DNA from: Vicinamibacterales bacterium
GTDB lineage: Bacteria > Acidobacteriota > Vicinamibacteria > Vicinamibacterales > JAMQPK01
Direction of reading: 5' to 3'
Length of the DNA: 64,000 nucleotides
NCBI GenBank assembly: GCA_963787755.1
Contig: CAWBEG010000002.1
Span: forward strand, 351,101-415,100
Shown here piece by piece: positions 60,734 through 64,000 of this stretch. The position numbers and the translations under genes were made by a program. Numbering within the stretch: the first letter of the stretch is position 1; each line of letters starts with the position of its first letter. A model generated the notes under the pieces. That model was not told the origin of the DNA, did no database searches, and saw nothing but the letters and a program-made list of their open reading frames with translations.

Positions 60734-61550
60734 ATGTAGCCGTCGCGCCTGAGCTTCTCAAACGCGTCTTCGCTCTCCTGATCCTGCGCGCGCCCCGCGC
60801 GCTCGGGCACGTTCGTCCCTTTCAGCTCCTCGACGATCTCGGCGACGGTCTTCGCCGTCGACTTGAATCGAGCCAGTGCAGGGCGCGCAGCCGAGCGACC
60901 GATACCGATGTCCCGTTCCGTCGTCGAAGTACAGCGGGATGACCGGAATGTTCTCACGCTGGATGTACTCCCACACGTTGAGCTCGGTCCAGTGCAGAAG
61001 CGGATGAATGCGGATGTGCGTGCCGGGCGCGAAGTCGGTCTTGAACTGATTCCAGAATTCAGGCGGCTGATCCGACGCGTTCCACTCCATGTTGGCGTTG
61101 CGCGGCGAGAAGTACCGCTCCTTCGCGCGCGTGGGATCTTCGTCGCGCCTCACGCCGACGATGATGCCGGTGTAGCCGTAATGCTCGATCACCTGCTGCA
61201 GGCCGTCTTTCTTGAGCATGCCGCAGCATTCGACGCGCGTGGCGCGTCCGTTGGGATAGGTGTTGCCGGCTTCGAGCACCGGCCTTGTTCATGCCGACGA
61301 CGAGCTGCAGGTTCCACTCGCGCACCAGGCGGTCGCGGTACTCGATCATCGACGGAATCTTGTAGCTCGTGTCGATGTGGACGAGCGGAAACGGCACGTG
61401 GCCAAAAAATGCCTTCCGCGCGAGCCACAACAGGGCCGTCGAATCTTTGCCAATGCTCCAGAGCATCGCCATGTTGTCGAACTTGGCGAATGCTTCGCGC
61501 ATGATGAAAATCGATTCGCTCTCGAGAGCGTCCAGGTGATCGTGCTGCAT
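60730..61550 (-). CDS. cysD: Sulfate adenylyltransferase subunit 2, frame broken twice
   Basis: [34 protein letters not shown] and [11 protein letters not shown] are present, and the C-terminus is EKLRRDGYM. Breaks are near 61280 and 60890. The stop overlaps the cysN GTG. Confidence 0.85.
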
Positions 61551-61662
61551 GTGTATGGATAAAACGCGTGTGCCGAACCTTCCTATTGTATCGAGTTGTT
61601 GAAGATCCTGCCAGCGTGCGCTAACATTTCAAGTTTACGGATTCGGCGAAATTCCCCACAGT

Positions 61663-64000
61663 ATGCCTGAAACTCCTGTCGCGAGGGCCGCTACCGAGAT
61701 CGTCGTCCGCGGCGCGCGCACGCACAATTTGAAGAACGTCGATCTGGCGCTGCCGCTGGGCCAGCTGATCATCGTCACCGGCGTCAGCGGCTCGGGCAAG
61801 TCGTCGCTCGCGTTCGATACGATTTACGCCGAGGGGCAGCGCCGATACGTCAGCTCGCTGTCGGCCTACGCGCGGCAGTTTCTCGAGCGGATGGAGAAGC
61901 CCGACGTCGATCGCATCGAAGGGATCTGTCCCGCCATCGCGATTCGCCAGAAGAACAGCATCAGAAACCCTCGATCGACGGTCGGCACGACCACCGAGAT
62001 CCACGATTACCTGCGGCTGCTGTTTGCCAGAGTCGGGCGCACGTTCTGCCGGCAGTGCGGCCAGGAGGTCGTGCGCGACACGGCCGAGATCGTCGCGCGG
62101 CACCTTGGCGGCTTGCCCGAAGGCACCCGGCTGCTCATCGGCTTCGACATGCCGGTCATGGATCCTGGCGGTGTCCATGAGGGTACTGACGCTGAACCTG
62201 ACGAAGAGGATTCAGAACTGCAGGGATTAGGGATTTGGCCGCCTCCGCCGAAGGCTTCGGCGCACCGAGTCCCGCTTCGCTGACGTTTACGCTCAACGAG
62301 CTTCGCAGGAAGGGATTTCATCGTCTGTACGTGAACGGGCGCACGGTCACGCTGGACGACGTCGCGCCGGCAGAGCTGCGCGATCAGTCGACGCTGAAGG
62401 TCATCGTCGATCGCGTAAAGCTCGAAGGCGACATGCGAGGCCGGCTCACCGATTCGATCGAGATGGCGTACCGCGAAGCGGGCGGAACGGCATTCGCGAT
62501 TGAAGATCCGGGGGCTGTCCGCGAAGCGAACAGCGCAAGGTGGATGCGAAGACGCACATCTTCAGCGAGCGGTTCGAGTGTCAGAACTGCAACCTCACCT
62601 ACGAAGCGCCGCAGCCGCGGCTGTTTTCGTTCAACAACCCGTTCGGCGCGTGCCCGACGTGCCATGGGTTCGGCAACATCATCGAGCTCGATCTCGATCT
62701 GGTCGTTCCCGATCCCGCCAAGTCGATCCAGCAGGGCGCCATCGAGCCGTGGACGAAGACGCATTATCGCGCGCAGCTGGCCGAGCTGAAGCGGGCGGCG
62801 AAGCCGGCGGGCGTGTCGATGGACATCCCGTGGAGAGATCTGAACGACGACGAGAAGCGCTTCATCGTCGAAGGGGACGGGAAAGGGTACGACGGCATCC
62901 GCGGGTTCTTCCGCTGGCTCGAGCGCAAGAAATACAAGGTTCACGTCCGAGTGTTCCTCAGCCGGTATCGGGGTTATCTGACGTGTCCCGACTGCGGCGG
63001 CGCGCGCCTGCGCCGCGAGGCGCGCGACGTCAAGGTCGGCGGCCGCACGATCGATCGGGTGTCGTCCGACACTGTCCGCGAGGCGCAGCAATTCCTCGAC
63101 GCCCTGCAGCTCACCGAAAAAGAAACGGCCATCGGCGACAAGGTGCTGAAGGAGATTCACAAGCGGCTGAAGTTCCTCAGCGACGTGGGATTGGACTATC
63201 TGACGCTCGACCGCCTGTCATCGACGCTGTCGGGCGGCGAGTCGCAGCGCATCAATCTCGCGACGTCGCTGGGATCGTCGCTGGTCGATACGCTGTACGT
63301 GCTCGACGAGCCGTCGATCGGCCTGCACTCGCGCGACAATCTGCGGCTCATCAACATCCTTCGGCAGCTTCGCGATCAGGGCAACACGGTGCTCGTCGTC
63401 GAGCACGACGAAGACATGATTCGCGTCGGCGACACCATCATCGACCTCGGACTCGGAGCGGGCGAGCAGGGGGGGCGCGTGGTATTTTCCGGATCGCTCG
63501 AGAACCTGCTGCACGATCAGCGATCGCTGACGGCGAAGTACCTGCGCGGCGACCTGGCGATTCCAGTGCCGTCGACGCGGCGCCGCGGCAGCGGGCAGAA
63601 GCTCCGGCTGCTCGGAGCGACCGAGCACAACCTGAAGAACGTCGACATCGAGATTCCGCTGAACACGCTCACATGCATCACGGGTGTCAGCGGGTCTGGC
63701 AAGTCGACGCTCGTCCACGACGTGCTGTATGCCGCCGTGAAGCGGGCGAAGGGCGGATCGGAAAAACGCGTCGGCGCCTTCCGCAAGCTCGAAGGCACCG
63801 AGTTCGTCACCGACGTCGTGCTCGTCGACCAGACGCCGATCGGGCGCACGCCGCGGTCGAATCCAGTGACGTACCTGAAGGCGTTCGATCCGATCCGCGA
63901 GATTTTCGCCGCGACGAAGGATGCAAAATCGCGCGGGCTCACCGCGAGCCATTTCTCGTTCAACGTCCCCGGAGGCCGCTGTGAAGCCTGCCAGGGCGAA
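61663..64000 (+). CDS. uvrA: Excinuclease ABC subunit A (3' end outside the window), frame broken twice
   Basis: [67 protein letters not shown], a second GVSGSGKST and CEACQG are present. Breaks are near 62230 and 62515 (a G5 run). Confidence 0.9.

Noticed and set aside
62500-63984. A 494-aa plus-strand ORF listed in the track across uvrA.
   Set aside because: It is the wrong frame (Arg-rich nonsense). The genuine UvrA frame (positions equal to 2 mod 3, from about 62540 to the window end) carries all the UvrA motifs but is not listed in the track, possibly because it lacks a stop codon within the window.
1-64000. Programmed ribosomal frameshifting or recoding as the explanation for the split genes.
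   Set aside because: The breaks are spread over unrelated genes at non-homologous positions. Where located, they fall at simple G/C runs rather than slippery heptamers with downstream structures. Essential genes are affected indiscriminately. Indel error is the simpler explanation.

Overview
This is a high-GC bacterial chromosomal segment, roughly two-thirds G+C by eye. Gene content includes a PSCyt1/DUF1549/DUF1553 plus DUF1501 pair, many secreted hydrolases and multiheme cytochromes. That content suggests a soil Acidobacteriota-like organism, which is inference only.

Layout:
- 1-20 kb is a conserved housekeeping block. It holds two ABC exporter half-transporters, thiL, rny, zapA/zapB with a candidate 6S RNA, pheST, rplT-rpmI-infC-thrS, tRNA-Val, HU, ctpA, an M23 peptidase and ruvX-mltG.
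- 22.1-26.3 kb is the bioBFAD operon.
- 26.3-34.0 kb is an accessory island with AT-richer spacers. It carries two tandem cassettes, each a secreted S8 subtilase translationally coupled to a RimJ/RimL-type GNAT acetyltransferase. Each subtilase ends in an array of DDDNIVWGN repeats (12 copies in the first, 4 in the second). A third decayed GNAT and an MFS exporter follow. This is the most unusual system in the window.
- 34-37.6 kb holds a truncated nucleotidase and a divergent pair of small ribbon-helix-helix proteins, followed by VOC-family, DUF4118, lipoprotein and secreted hypothetical genes.
- 37.6-52.2 kb holds amtB-glnK, a cytochrome c/beta-barrel fusion next to a multiheme cytochrome, the PSCyt/DUF1501 pair and several esterases.
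- 52.2-64 kb holds a dienelactone hydrolase, an exosortase-type N-acyl amino acid synthase plus GNAT, AT-richer DNA flanking tRNA-Thr, further hydrolases and a glycosyltransferase, then cysDNC and the 5' part of uvrA.

Two window-wide patterns stand out:
1. About 35-40 single-frame breaks interrupt otherwise intact conserved genes. These are most likely assembly indels.
2. Almost every intergenic spacer is built from short stuttering word repeats. Some of these words recur at distant loci and even sit in-frame inside genes.
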